A stretch of DNA of 64,000 bases from Polyangiaceae bacterium (GTDB lineage: Bacteria > Myxococcota_A > Polyangia > Polyangiales > Polyangiaceae). The notes under the pieces are model-generated. The model was not told the origin of the DNA. It did not search any database and worked only from the letters and a program-made list of their open reading frames with translations. The DNA is taken from positions 3,328,001-3,392,000 of the forward strand of contig CBDCTZ010000016.1 of NCBI GenBank assembly GCA_965222375.1, read 5' to 3'. Position numbers and translations under genes: made by a program. Positions 28,095 through 39,974 of this stretch are shown in pieces (within the stretch, counting starts at the first letter, position 1; each line of letters opens with the position of its first letter).

Positions 28095-29033
28095 ATGTTT
28101 TGCTGTCGTTTCTTCGTCGGGATCTCGGTCTTGGTCTTGGTGGTTGGCTGTGGTGGCGACGAATTCTCGGGTGACGCATCGGGTGGTGCGGCCGGAAGCG
28201 GCGCGGGCGGTAGCGCCGGTTCTGGCGCTGCTGCGGGCAGCGGCGGAGTTGCGGCCAGCGGGGGCAGCGCAGGCAATTCCGGCGCGGCGGGCAGCAGCGC
28301 GGGCGCTGGCGGACAGGCAGGCGGAGGCGCTGGCGGGACAGCCGGGGGTGCGGGCGGCGCGCCGCCCGTTGGCTGCGGTCCGGTTGCGGGGATAAAGCCT
28401 CTGCTGTTCACGACGCTCGATGACGCCCAATCCATTCTTTCGCCGAAGGAGGGAAGCGGCGCGGGATCCTTCCAGACATTGCCGGAAGAAGACTTCCGTC
28501 CGGGCAAGTGTGGCAAGGCCATTCGCTTGGACGCGAAAGGCGAAAATGTGCAGTTCGATGAGAAGTCCAACCTGGAGGTCAAGAAGGGCACCATCGACTT
28601 CTGGTACCAGCCCGAGTTGCCGCACACAGATGGTGTCCTGCGCAATTTCTTTTCTTCACCCGGCTACTGGACCAAGGCCAACGGTCTGCTGATTCGCAAG
28701 ACTGGTGGCGGTCTCGGAAACGCGTTCCAAGTCGCTTTCCGAGACAAGGCGGGTGGCAACCGAACGACCGAGATCGACTCGAGCGCCTACACGTTCAGTT
28801 CCAACACCTGGGTGCGAATCACGGTGACCTGGGACTTCTCCCTCTCCGGCCAAGCGGTACGCGTCTACTTTGACGGCGTCGAGGCGAAGTACAAGAGCTC
28901 CGTCAACGGCACATCGGAGATTGATTCGCATCAGGTTGGCCGGGTCAGGATCGGCAACCCAGATTCCGCCCAGAGTCCCGTCGGCGGTTTGATCGACGAC
29001 TTCAAAATCTACGATAGAGTCGTCAAACCCTGA
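28095..29033 (+). CDS. Gly-rich lipoprotein with LamG-like jellyroll domain
   Basis: LVVGC lipobox, GGAG linker, GTIDFW, WVRITVTWD, VYFDG, IDDFKIYDR. Confidence 0.8.
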   Translation: MFCCRFFVGISVLVLVVGCGGDEFSGDASGGAAGSGAGGSAGSGAAAGSGGVAASGGSAGNSGAAGSSAGAGGQAGGGAGGTAGGAGGAPPVGCGPVAGIKPLLFTTLDDAQSILSPKEGSGAGSFQTLPEEDFRPGKCGKAIRLDAKGENVQFDEKSNLEVKKGTIDFWYQPELPHTDGVLRNFFSSPGYWTKANGLLIRKTGGGLGNAFQVAFRDKAGGNRTTEIDSSAYTFSSNTWVRITVTWDFSLSGQAVRVYFDGVEAKYKSSVNGTSEIDSHQVGRVRIGNPDSAQSPVGGLIDDFKIYDRVVKP

Positions 29034-29130
29034 GCCGCAGAAACGCGCTCGGATCCTTAGGGTTCCCGCGGCGCCTCAGGCACTCACGATGAGTCTGAGG
29101 TATGTTCCCCTCGTCCAGAGGAGGGACTGC

Positions 29131-29742
29131 GTGACGGAAACGATTGTGCTGTATGGCTTTGGCGACAACGATCGCAGTGGGAAGGTGCGCTGGGTCGCAG
29201 CAGAGCTCGGTCTGGAGGTCGACGAGCGCCGCGTGACACCCGGCGATCATCGGGCTGCCCCCTATACCGACAAGAACCCCCTCGCTCAGATCCCCACGGT
29301 GGAGTTTCGCGGGGAGACGCTGATTGAGAGCACGGCCATTTGCCATGCGTTGGCTGAGGCATTCGACGAGCCGAAGCTATGGATCGGTCCTCGAGAGCCC
29401 AATCGCACCGCGTATCTGTATTGGCTGGCGGTCTTCGGTGAGAATTTCGAGGCAAGGCTAGTGGAGTGCACGGTCAGTCGTGGCGGCCTGCTCGGTCCCG
29501 AGTACTTTCAGGCGCACGAAAAAGGTCTTCGCTTCAAGTTGGGCGTCGTTGCTCAGCGCTTGCCCACCGAGGGCTACCTCTGTGGAAAGCAATTCACCCT
29601 CGCGGATATAGTTGCGGGCTACAGCCTTCGCCTCGCGGTGCAATGCCAGCTCCTCGACCGCGACAAGGCCGAGCCCTACCTCGCTCGCCTGGTGGCTCGC
29701 GAAGCTGCCACGAAGGCCCGGGTCTTTCGCAACTTCCCATGA
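29131..29742 (+). CDS. glutathione S-transferase family protein
   Basis: RSGKVRW..AELGL, NPLAQIP, ESTAI, FTLADI; GAGGAGG RBS before GTG 29131. Confidence 0.9.
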   Translation: MTETIVLYGFGDNDRSGKVRWVAAELGLEVDERRVTPGDHRAAPYTDKNPLAQIPTVEFRGETLIESTAICHALAEAFDEPKLWIGPREPNRTAYLYWLAVFGENFEARLVECTVSRGGLLGPEYFQAHEKGLRFKLGVVAQRLPTEGYLCGKQFTLADIVAGYSLRLAVQCQLLDRDKAEPYLARLVAREAATKARVFRNFP

Positions 29743-29794
29743 GGCCTCGGGCCAATCAGCACGTCGCCCAGCCGTATCTCGGGCGGACCGAGCT

Positions 29795-31660
<1,866 letters not shown>

Positions 31661-31673
31661 TTTCTTACCTCCA

Positions 31674-31711
31674 GAAACGAGAAACCCCCGAGGGCGATCG
31701 CCGTCGGGGGT
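31674..31711 (-). terminator. attenuator terminator hairpin upstream of thrS
   Basis: ACCCCCGA/TCGGGGGT stem (31684-91/31704-11) followed on minus strand by TTCTCGTTTC. Confidence 0.75.
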
Positions 31712-31772
31712 CTTGGGGCTTCCGAAGGCGACCGCGGTGTCGCCTTCTGCTCACAAACGAGTGCAAGGCGAC

Positions 31773-31823
31773 CTAGCGCGTGGTGGTCGTGCCTTCCGTC
31801 GTCAGTAGTGAGAGCCAGTTCAT
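31773..31823 (-). CDS. thrS leader peptide MNWLSLLTTEGTTTTR
   Basis: 16-codon uORF with 6 Thr codons (ACG ACG, ACG ACC ACC ACG) directly upstream of the attenuator. Confidence 0.85.
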   Translation of the reverse strand: MNWLSLLTTEGTTTTR

Positions 31824-31832
31824 TGCCCGCTC

Positions 31833-31860
31833 AGGTTAACTCCTTTGCGCGAGAGCGCAA
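31833..31860 (-). promoter_or_regulatory. putative sigma70 promoter for thrS leader
   Basis: TTGCGC-N16-TAACCT, about 10 nt before the leader ATG. Confidence 0.45.
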
Positions 31861-31905
31861 GCAGCGAAGGCAGCTGCCGAGCGGTAGGTCGAATCTGCCC
31901 GTGAT

Positions 31906-32901
31906 CTAGCGGCAGAGAGCGGTCGGCAGGCGAGGCGGTGGCTCGAGGGCAGCCGAGAGCCACGATTGCGTCTGCTTGCGGTACTCGCCGGCTCGATTCA
32001 TGAACCCGATGATGTTGGGCGGCTCGGGGCAATCGCAGCGCACCGCCTCGCAAAACCATCGCGCGTACCACCGAACGTGCTTGGTTCCGTCCGGTGCACG
32101 AGCATACTCTTCTGGCATGCCGCGAACCTGTTTTTGCAGCGCGTCGCGTGCGTAGGGCGCCACCTCCAACTGAAAATCCGACGCCAACCAGTGATAGCGG
32201 TCCGCAAAGCGCCTGCACTGACCCAAATGGGCTCGGCGCACAACCTCCTGAGTGTAGTCGCTCCGCGCGGGCCCGTGGGCCCGGTCTGCCGGGCAGCCCG
32301 AAGGTGGGGTGGTCACCTCGTTCCCGAGGGCGCGTACCAGAGTGATCCGATAGCGTCCGACGTCGCGCAAGGCATCGCAACCGCTGTTGAGGATCAGTTC
32401 TTCTTCGAAGCTAGCATCGGGGGCTAGAGTGAGGCGCCTAGTGACGGAGGAGCCATCGCCGTCAAGGGGCGCCGCGGACGTGTCACACAGCGCCTTACCG
32501 TGCTCGTCGCATACTACCAGGTTGTACGCAGCGTCCCAGCGCCGCCTGCCGGTTCCCACACTGACTGGATCCAGCTCGAGCTCCATCTTGGTCTTGCTCG
32601 AGTTCTTCGCGGAAAACTGAACTCGAATCGGCTCGCCTTGGGTGACGTGCGTTCTCTTAGGCATGAAGCCGCCGGACAGCTCGCCCCGGTGTCTGTGCGA
32701 CGCAGTGCCGCTCTTGGCGCAGGGGGTGGCGGGAGCGGGCCGTCCAGCTGATTGAGAGCGGATCTTCATTCGAACGTTGCCGACGATCTTCGCGGCCGAA
32801 CTGCTGGCGGATGCCGTTCCGCGAGCCTCGGTCTTGGCCCGATTCGACTTGCAGCCGGCCAAGCAGAGCGTGGCGTAGAGCCAAATGCAGTGCCGGGCCA
32901 C
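31906..32901 (-). CDS. hypothetical Cys-containing lipoprotein
   Basis: VARHCIWLYATLCLAGC lipobox (GTG 32901); start uncertain. Confidence 0.55.
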   Translation of the reverse strand: MARHCIWLYATLCLAGCKSNRAKTEARGTASASSSAAKIVGNVRMKIRSQSAGRPAPATPCAKSGTASHRHRGELSGGFMPKRTHVTQGEPIRVQFSAKNSSKTKMELELDPVSVGTGRRRWDAAYNLVVCDEHGKALCDTSAAPLDGDGSSVTRRLTLAPDASFEEELILNSGCDALRDVGRYRITLVRALGNEVTTPPSGCPADRAHGPARSDYTQEVVRRAHLGQCRRFADRYHWLASDFQLEVAPYARDALQKQVRGMPEEYARAPDGTKHVRWYARWFCEAVRCDCPEPPNIIGFMNRAGEYRKQTQSWLSAALEPPPRLPTALCR

Positions 32902-33061
32902 GCTTGCCAGTCGCCGGTGTGCGCGGCCCGGCTCGAGATTAGGGGCCCGGATCGGCCCAGTGCTCACCCCTTCGGGTGTTACCCCGTCGGGTACCGCGAA
33001 GCGCGTCACAAGCGCGTCGACCCCAAACAAGACCAAGGAACCATCAGCCGCAGGTTTGCAT

Positions 33062-33754
33062 TCAGCCGTAGGTCTGCTTGAGGTAGTCGACGATGTCCTC
33101 AGACTCGTACATGGCGGTATTCATATTCGGGTCGACCAGGTACGGCACCTGCATCTTGCCACCCAGCGCGATGAGCTGCGGGCGACGGGGACTGTTCTTG
33201 CCGACGTTGAGCACGTGGTAGTCCAGATTCAGTTCGCACAGCGCCTCTCGCACTTTGCGGCAGTAGGGGGAGGCCTCGAAGTTCCACAGGGAGAGGAGCT
33301 TTTCGGGTTGCACGCGGTCTTCGCTGCCGACACGGATGCGGCTACCTCGCGGACGTACCATCGATGCGAAGGCGGACGACAGCGTGTTGAGCGGTGATGC
33401 GAGCCGTGCGGGCAGGGACCGACCGCCAGCGTAGGTTTTCATCAGGTGCGTGATGATGTCCTCGCTCTCGAACATCTCGTCGCCGGTATTGGGATCGACC
33501 AAGAACGGAAACTGCTCCCGTCCCTTACTCCGCACGAAGGGCCGCTTGGTTCGATCGCCCTGTGGGCAGCTGCGCTCGATATATTCCAGATCCAGCTCGG
33601 TCAGCAGGTCCCGGACCTTGCGACAGAACGGGCAGGCTTCGTGGTCGTAGAGCTCGAGAGTCTGCTTGGGCTGACGCGTGTTGCGCGCCGCGAACAACCC
33701 GCGACCAAAGCGCAGCACAGATGCGGCGTGAGACTGAACATCGCTGGCAGACAT
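33062..33754 (-). CDS. tandem glutaredoxin/GST N-terminal domain protein
   Basis: two repeats: CPFCRKVR..PFLVDPN..ESEDI and SPYCRKVR..PYLVDPN..ESEDI. Confidence 0.88.
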   Translation of the reverse strand: MSASDVQSHAASVLRFGRGLFAARNTRQPKQTLELYDHEACPFCRKVRDLLTELDLEYIERSCPQGDRTKRPFVRSKGREQFPFLVDPNTGDEMFESEDIITHLMKTYAGGRSLPARLASPLNTLSSAFASMVRPRGSRIRVGSEDRVQPEKLLSLWNFEASPYCRKVREALCELNLDYHVLNVGKNSPRRPQLIALGGKMQVPYLVDPNMNTAMYESEDIVDYLKQTYG

Positions 33755-33767
33755 GGGCGTCGGGCGT

Positions 33768-34460
33768 TCAGTCGCCGGTTTCGAAGTCCTCGTCGAGGGG
33801 CTGCTCGAACACGCCGCTGGGCAACTCGTGCTGCATGCGTTGCTTCTTGACCGCCAAGTACTCCGCGCTGTGCGGGTTGGCGGCGACGACCATGGGAATG
33901 CGCTTGCGGACTCGCATCCCGAGCCCGCGCAGCGCCCGGACTTTGGCAGGGTTATTGGTCATCAGTTCGATGCTCTGAACGCCCAGATGTCGCAGCATGG
34001 CAACGGCGACGTCGTACTGACGCGCGTCTACGGGCAAATGCAGGAGCTGGTTGGCCTCGATGGTGTCGGCACCTTGAGCCTGCAGGGCGTATGCACGGAT
34101 CTTGTTGGCCAGGCCGATGCCTCGGCCCTCTTGGCGCAGGTAGATGATGACGCCCTTGCCACGCCTCGCGACCTCCGCCATGGCGCTGTCGAGCTGGTCC
34201 TTGCAATCGCACTTCAGGCTGCCGAAAACCTCGCTCGTCAGGCATTCGGAGTGAACGCGCACCGGGACCGCGCGTGCGCCCTGCACCTCTCCCATGACCA
34301 ACGCCAAGTGATCGTTGGACAGACCGTGATCCGCGGGCTGCCGCGATCGATACACGTGTAGTTCGAACGTGCCGTGCTCCGTAGGCACGGGTGCGGAGGC
34401 TGCGTGGTCGACTATCGCGCTCATGGCCGCGCTCGGGTCGATAAGCTGCTGGGTCATCAA
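33768..34460 (-). CDS. ribA: GTP cyclohydrolase II
   Basis: RVHSECLT.EVFGSLKCDC, QEGRGIGL.NK, LMTNNP. Confidence 0.95.
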   Translation of the reverse strand: MMTQQLIDPSAAMSAIVDHAASAPVPTEHGTFELHVYRSRQPADHGLSNDHLALVMGEVQGARAVPVRVHSECLTSEVFGSLKCDCKDQLDSAMAEVARRGKGVIIYLRQEGRGIGLANKIRAYALQAQGADTIEANQLLHLPVDARQYDVAVAMLRHLGVQSIELMTNNPAKVRALRGLGMRVRKRIPMVVAANPHSAEYLAVKKQRMQHELPSGVFEQPLDEDFETGD

Positions 34461-34566
34461 GGTTGAGGCAGGTGGTCTCGTTTCGAGGACTGAAGACGTG
34501 TGCCCCAGCCGAGCGAGAATTTGGGGCCCAGCCGCCTCGGGGTCAAGCCGTATAGCGAAAGGAGCG

Positions 34567-35598
34567 TCAGCGATAGGTGTTTGGCGAGGCGCCGCACATG
34601 CCGAGGATGGCGTGTTCCAAAACCGCCCTCGGCAGGCGTTTTGACCCGCCTTTCAGTGAAAAGTCCACACGGGCCAGGGTCTCCAAAAAGCCCTCGAGTT
34701 CGGGGCGTGAAATCCGTTTGACTTGCTCGGCCAGTTCACGTGCTTTGAAGGGCGGAGCGCCTGCTCGTTTCGCCGCTTCGTCAGGTCGGGCGCCATCTCG
34801 CGTTGCGGCTTCGAAGCGGATCAGCTGGCGTGTGGACCAGGCCAGGACCCCAACCAGGCGCAAGCCTCGGTCCTGAGGATCGTACACGCGATTGAGGGCG
34901 GCCAGGGCTGCGCCAGCATCGCGTCGGCCCACAGCACCGACGAGTTCCCAAACCGTGGTGGGCCGCACCCGAACCACGCACTCGGTTACGTCATCCTCGG
35001 TGACCTGCTTGGTCTCGCCCACGAACAAGCACACCCGCTCCACGGCATCGTTGACGGCGGATAGCTCCGGGCCAGCGAGCTCTGCGAGAAGCTCCGCGAC
35101 ACCCCGGGACATTTCGTGGCCGCGTTCGGCTGCTGCCGCTGCAATCCAGCGGGGTAGCTCGCCCTTGCTCAGGGACTCGCAGCTGACCACGGCGCCGGCC
35201 TTCTGTGCGGTCTTCATCAGGCCACGGCGCTTGTCGAGCTTGTCCGCTACCAGGATTAGGACTGTGGAGGGCATGGGCTCTTTGATGTACCCAGCCAAGC
35301 GCTCGAGGGCGTCGGTGCTCTTGCCCTTGGCGGCTTCCCAGCGATCGGCGCTGCGGATCATGACCAAGCGCCGCTTCGAAAACATCGGTGGCGTGCGAGC
35401 CGCGGCCAGGACCTGGTCCACGCTCGCCTCGCCAGCGACCAGATTTTCTTCGTTCATGCCCGCCACGTCGCCCCCCAGGGCGGCTTGGCGCAGCGCGGTC
35501 AGTACTTGAACCTGAAGATGCCGTTCTGCGCCCACCACCACATAGACCGAGCGCAGCTCACCGCGCTTCGCTTCTTGCACTGCTTGGTCCGGCGTCAC
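34567..35598 (-). CDS. holA: DNA polymerase III delta subunit
   Basis: GELRSVYVVVG.E, TPPMFSKRRLV, KLDKR, D.SLKGG; GTG start at 35598. Confidence 0.88.
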   Translation of the reverse strand: MTPDQAVQEAKRGELRSVYVVVGAERHLQVQVLTALRQAALGGDVAGMNEENLVAGEASVDQVLAAARTPPMFSKRRLVMIRSADRWEAAKGKSTDALERLAGYIKEPMPSTVLILVADKLDKRRGLMKTAQKAGAVVSCESLSKGELPRWIAAAAAERGHEMSRGVAELLAELAGPELSAVNDAVERVCLFVGETKQVTEDDVTECVVRVRPTTVWELVGAVGRRDAGAALAALNRVYDPQDRGLRLVGVLAWSTRQLIRFEAATRDGARPDEAAKRAGAPPFKARELAEQVKRISRPELEGFLETLARVDFSLKGGSKRLPRAVLEHAILGMCGASPNTYR

Positions 35599-35693
35599 TC
35601 GTCTTTGGTAGCCCGCGCCGAGGAAGGCGACAACTGACCTTTTTGGCCTCGGGCGTTTCGCGTTGCCCTGCGCTGTAGTAAGAGCGCGGCGCC

Positions 35694-36665
35694 GTGAATC
35701 ATCGCGTAGACGGTAGCAAGAGCTTTTCGGCTCCAGCGGCAGGAACGCTGGTTGCGATCGGTAATTTCGACGGTGTGCATCAGGGGCACGTTCGCGTCCT
35801 GACGGAAGCACGTGCGGAGGCAGAGGCGCGCGGCTTGGCGCCCCTCGTGCTCACGTTCGATCCCCACCCCGCGGCGGTTCTGGGCAAGAAGGCCCCAGAC
35901 GTCCTCACGCCCTTGGCGCGAAAGATCGACCTGCTGGTCCGGGCAGCGCAAGGTCTCGAAGTCGTGGTGGAGCCCTTCACGCTGGAGTTGTCTCGCCTCT
36001 CCCCTGACCTGTTCGCCGACCAACTGTTGCATCGAGCTCTCGGCGCCCGGCTCGCCATCGTGGGGCGTAACTTCCGCTTCGGACAGGGGCGGGCTGGAGA
36101 TCTGGATACCCTGGTTCAGCTGGGCAAGCAGTACGGCTTCGAGGCTCGGGCCCTCGACCTTCTGGGCGACGGAGCGGGAGCGTTTTCTTCCAGCCGCGTG
36201 CGGGAGCAGGTGCGCGCTGGGGCCATGGATGCCGCGAGTCAAATCCTGGGGCGACCCCACGCTCTGACCGGGCAGGTCGTGAAGGGCGATGCTCGAGGCC
36301 GCTCGATCGGGTTTCCCACCGCGAACCTCGACGGAGTCCACGAGCTGCTGCCGCCTCACGGGGTGTACGCCTGCTGTGTGGATAGTGTCGGCGAAGCGCC
36401 GCGGGCTTTGGCCCACGGAGTTGCGAACGTCGGTGTGCGGCCCACGGTGAGAGGCGGCTTCTCCGTGGAAGCGCATCTCCTGGACTACGAGGGGGACCTC
36501 TACGGCCAAACCTTGCGGGTTCACCTGCTTGCGCGGCTGCGGGGAGAGCAGAAGTTTGCGGGCCTCGAAGAGTTGAAGGCGCAGATTGCTCGCGACGCCG
36601 CAGCGGCCGCGAAAGTTGCCGCCGAGAGCTGCCCCCTGCCCGCTTCCGGCGGGGCGTTTTTCTGA
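35694..36665 (+). CDS. ribF: bifunctional riboflavin kinase / FAD synthetase
   Basis: GNFDGVHQGH, TFDPHP, GFPTAN, G.RPT, EAHLLD. Confidence 0.96.
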   Translation: MNHRVDGSKSFSAPAAGTLVAIGNFDGVHQGHVRVLTEARAEAEARGLAPLVLTFDPHPAAVLGKKAPDVLTPLARKIDLLVRAAQGLEVVVEPFTLELSRLSPDLFADQLLHRALGARLAIVGRNFRFGQGRAGDLDTLVQLGKQYGFEARALDLLGDGAGAFSSSRVREQVRAGAMDAASQILGRPHALTGQVVKGDARGRSIGFPTANLDGVHELLPPHGVYACCVDSVGEAPRALAHGVANVGVRPTVRGGFSVEAHLLDYEGDLYGQTLRVHLLARLRGEQKFAGLEELKAQIARDAAAAAKVAAESCPLPASGGAFF

Positions 36666-36698
36666 GGGAACACGCTCAAAAAAAGCTATGTTCACGGA

Positions 36699-37919
36699 GT
36701 GGACCGTCAGGCGCTCGAGAAGCTGTCCCGCACCGAGCTGATCTCGAAGGCATCCGGCATTGGTGTGCCCCGCGCGGAGGTCATGACGCGCATGGAGCTG
36801 GTCGACGAAATCGTTCGACGTAGCATTACGGACGAAAGCCAGCGCCGACGAGCTCGGGGCTGGCTGGGGGTGGCTCGGGACTTGGTGGCAGGCCTGATCG
36901 ACCAGGGCTTGAACATGAGCGACGCGGCGGAACTGGTTCGCGGAAGCGGCACCCGAAACGTGTCGCTGAGGCATCAGCCGCCTGTGGCGACGGTGACTCT
37001 CGCGGAAATCTACGCGTCCCAGGGCCATACCAAGCGTGCCCGCAACATGCTCGACGAAGTGCTCGCCAAGGAGCCCGATCACCAGTTTGCACGCGCTTTG
37101 CGGGAGCGACTTTCCGAAAACAAGCGCGCCAAATCAGATCCGCCGCTGGAGCAGGAGATTGCCGACGAGGTTGCCGCGGACGCCGCAGTCGAGGTGCCCC
37201 TTTCCGTGCCCCCGCCGCCGGATGTGGACGTCGATGCCGCGGTGGAAACGCCCGTCACGCCATCGCAAAGTGAATTCGTGGACGTGGAAGCGGCGACGGT
37301 GGCAGGCCAAGCCGCCGCGGTGAGCGAGCCGGCGGATGCCGAAGCGACCACGGATCCCGCACCCCCCCAAGAAGACGACGCAGAGGCTGCCACAGGCCCC
37401 GCGCCTGCGGCTCCTGCGCAAGTGGAGGAAGTGGACGAAAACGCCGTGACGCCACCGGCACCCGGTGTGGCGTCGGCGAGCGCCGATCCCGAGCCGGTAC
37501 GTCCGAGCGCCGAAGCGGGTTCGCCGGAAGTCACGCCCTTCGTGCCCACGCGAGACGTCCTTTTGGTCCGCCGCAAGAATGCCACGCAGGTTTCACTGTA
37601 TTGGGAGCTGGTCCCCGCACACGCCATGGAAACCGTGGTGCGCTTGGTCGCCTTCGTGCCTGATTGGTCTGGCGCCAAGCGGGTGGAGCACCAACTGCAG
37701 GCTCATAGCGCTGTCGGGCAGGCCACGGTCGAGGTTCCCGAGGGCGCGGAGGTGCGCGCCGTGGTCGGTTCGCACCTAGGTGGCGCGTTCCGGCCCTTGG
37801 CGGTGGGAGTCGAAATCCGTGGCGACGCGAAGCCCGAGGTCGCTTGGGCGCCGTCACCGGTGTTTCGCCAGCGAGTCACCCCCGCTCTGCAGCGAGCATT
37901 TGCCGCCTTGCAGAGCTGA
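36699..37919 (+). CDS. hypothetical protein with Rho-N-like N-terminus, TPR-like segment and acidic linker
   Basis: LEKLSRTELI...ELVDEI; TLAEIYASQGH; acidic Pro/Ala linker; C-terminal LYWE motif. Confidence 0.6.
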   Translation: MDRQALEKLSRTELISKASGIGVPRAEVMTRMELVDEIVRRSITDESQRRRARGWLGVARDLVAGLIDQGLNMSDAAELVRGSGTRNVSLRHQPPVATVTLAEIYASQGHTKRARNMLDEVLAKEPDHQFARALRERLSENKRAKSDPPLEQEIADEVAADAAVEVPLSVPPPPDVDVDAAVETPVTPSQSEFVDVEAATVAGQAAAVSEPADAEATTDPAPPQEDDAEAATGPAPAAPAQVEEVDENAVTPPAPGVASASADPEPVRPSAEAGSPEVTPFVPTRDVLLVRRKNATQVSLYWELVPAHAMETVVRLVAFVPDWSGAKRVEHQLQAHSAVGQATVEVPEGAEVRAVVGSHLGGAFRPLAVGVEIRGDAKPEVAWAPSPVFRQRVTPALQRAFAALQS

Positions 37920-37967
37920 GAGCCGATTTCACGCAACTGACGCTGCTCCCACGCCGACCGGCGAGAC

Positions 37968-38723
37968 ATGTTCGCTGGTCGATGCCTTTTCCTCTGCGTG
38001 GCGGTCGCAGCTCTTCTGCTGCCGCGCTCCGCTCGCGCTGAACTCACCTTTTCTGCAGAAGCGTCGGTGGTTCGCAGCAGCTACGGCAAGCGAGGTTTCG
38101 CGGCGCTGCTCTCTCTGACGCTGCCCATGCCCGGGGCGGGGTCGAGGTCGGGCGTACTCGCCCAACCGGAGATCGATCGCGCACCCAGAGTCAGGCCGAA
38201 GCCGGCGGTCCGCCTCGATCCCCGTTTCGTGCGGCGGGTCGTCCTGGCTGCGCACCGCGCGGCGCGACGCCCCCGAGCTCTGGCGCGCCTATCCAGCCTT
38301 GCCAGCCGCTCCAGAACATCCGCAGCATTGCCCGAAGTGTCTCTTCGGGCAGAACGCAGCGTCGATGAATCTCTGCGGCTCGCCCCGACCATCAACGATC
38401 CCTACCGCTACACCCAGGCAGGTGGCGTGCGCACGGTGGTGGGCGGCAAGCTGACTTGGCGGCTCAATCGCCTGGTGTTCGCTTCCGATGAGCTCGCGGT
38501 GGAACGCCTCCGCCTCGAGCGAGCGCGCCTGGACGCTCGGCGCGTGAAGCGCGTGATTGCAGAGCTGTTTCGCTGGCAGCGAGCCAGAAACCAAGAGCGG
38601 TCGGCGGATTTGCCTGTGGAGGACCGCGCCGCGGCCGCTCTCACGGCGTTGGAAGCCGAGCTGACCTTGGACGTGTTGACTGGCGGCTGGTTCTCGGCGG
38701 CGGTGGCCAAAGGGCGCCACTGA
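37968..38723 (+). CDS. hypothetical exported protein
   Basis: signal peptide ending SARA; conserved-looking LDVLTGGWF C-terminus. Confidence 0.6.
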   Translation: MFAGRCLFLCVAVAALLLPRSARAELTFSAEASVVRSSYGKRGFAALLSLTLPMPGAGSRSGVLAQPEIDRAPRVRPKPAVRLDPRFVRRVVLAAHRAARRPRALARLSSLASRSRTSAALPEVSLRAERSVDESLRLAPTINDPYRYTQAGGVRTVVGGKLTWRLNRLVFASDELAVERLRLERARLDARRVKRVIAELFRWQRARNQERSADLPVEDRAAAALTALEAELTLDVLTGGWFSAAVAKGRH

Positions 38724-38833
38724 CTGTCGTGCGGTTGCACCCGCCGACAAGACTCGTCGGTTTCGCCGCTGGTTTGCTCGTCACCGACTCGGCCGTTGCA
38801 CTTCCAGGAATTCGTGGCTAAATCCCGCCCGTC

Positions 38834-39974
38834 ATGTTGGCCGAAACCAGAAATATGCTCGACGACCTCAACCAGCGTGTGGAAGCGCTAAGGGGGTCTC
38901 TTTGACGTCCCTCAATTGAAGAGGGAAGTCGAAGAGTTGGATCAGGTCTCGAGCGAGCCCGGTTTTTGGGACGACCAAGCCAAAGCTCAAGTCATCCTGC
39001 GTAGGCGTGCGGCCGCCAACGACAAGCTCACTCAAGTGGAGAGCTTGATCAAAGAGGTCACTGACGCGAACGAGTATTTGGAGCTCTGCGCCGAGGAAGA
39101 TGACGAAGGGGCGCTCAGCGACTGCGCTAAGCAGGTGCAGACGCTCGCGGAGCGAGTGCGTGTGGCGGAGCTGGCTCGCATGCTCAGTGGGCCGGCGGAT
39201 CACGCCGACGCCATCGTCAGCGTGCACCCAGGGTCGGGTGGCACCGAAGCCAAGGACTGGGCCGAGATGCTTTTGCGCATGTATCTGCGCTGGGCGGAGC
39301 GTCGCGGCTTCAAGACGGAAGTCATCGACTACCAAGTCGGCGACGAGGCGGGCATCGACGGAGCGTCGATAACCGTCAGTGGCCCCAACGCCTACGGCTA
39401 TCTGCGATCGGAAATGGGAGTGCACCGCCTAGTCCGGATCAGCCCCTTCGACGCCAACGCGCGGCGACAGACCAGCTTTGCCGCCATCGAGGTGTCGCCG
39501 GACATCGAGGACGAGATCGACATCGAGGTGAAGGACTCGGACTTGGAAGTGTCCACCATGCGAGCAGGCGGCAAGGGTGGCCAGAACGTCAACAAAGTGG
39601 AAACCGCGGTGCGCATGAAGCATGTGCCCACGGGCATCAACATCGTGTGCCGAGCAGAGCGTAGCCAGCATCAGAACCGTGCCCTGGCCATCAAGATGCT
39701 CAAGGCAAAGCTGTACGAAATCGAACTTGCCAAGCGGGATGCCGATCGCGCGGCCGCCGAAGCCCAGAAGGGCCAAATCGCTTGGGGCAATCAGATCCGC
39801 AGCTATGTGATGCAGCCCTATCAGCTAGTCAAAGACTTGCGAACGGACTTCGAGGTGGGAGCGGTGGATGCGGTACTTGACGGTGAGATAGATGGCTTTA
39901 TCGAGTCGTACTTGATGATGAGCGCGGACAAGAAAAAGCAGAAGCAGCTGGTGACCGTTCGCGGGGAGGCCTAG
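38834..39974 (+). CDS. prfB: peptide chain release factor 2, with programmed +1 frameshift
   Basis: ATG 38834, 23 codons to CTT-TGA-C (38900-38906); +1 frame has SPF and GGQ motifs. Confidence 0.97.
38891..38906 (+). other. prfB +1 frameshift cassette
   Basis: internal SD AGGGGG + TCT + CTTTGAC, canonical RF2 shift site. Confidence 0.95.
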
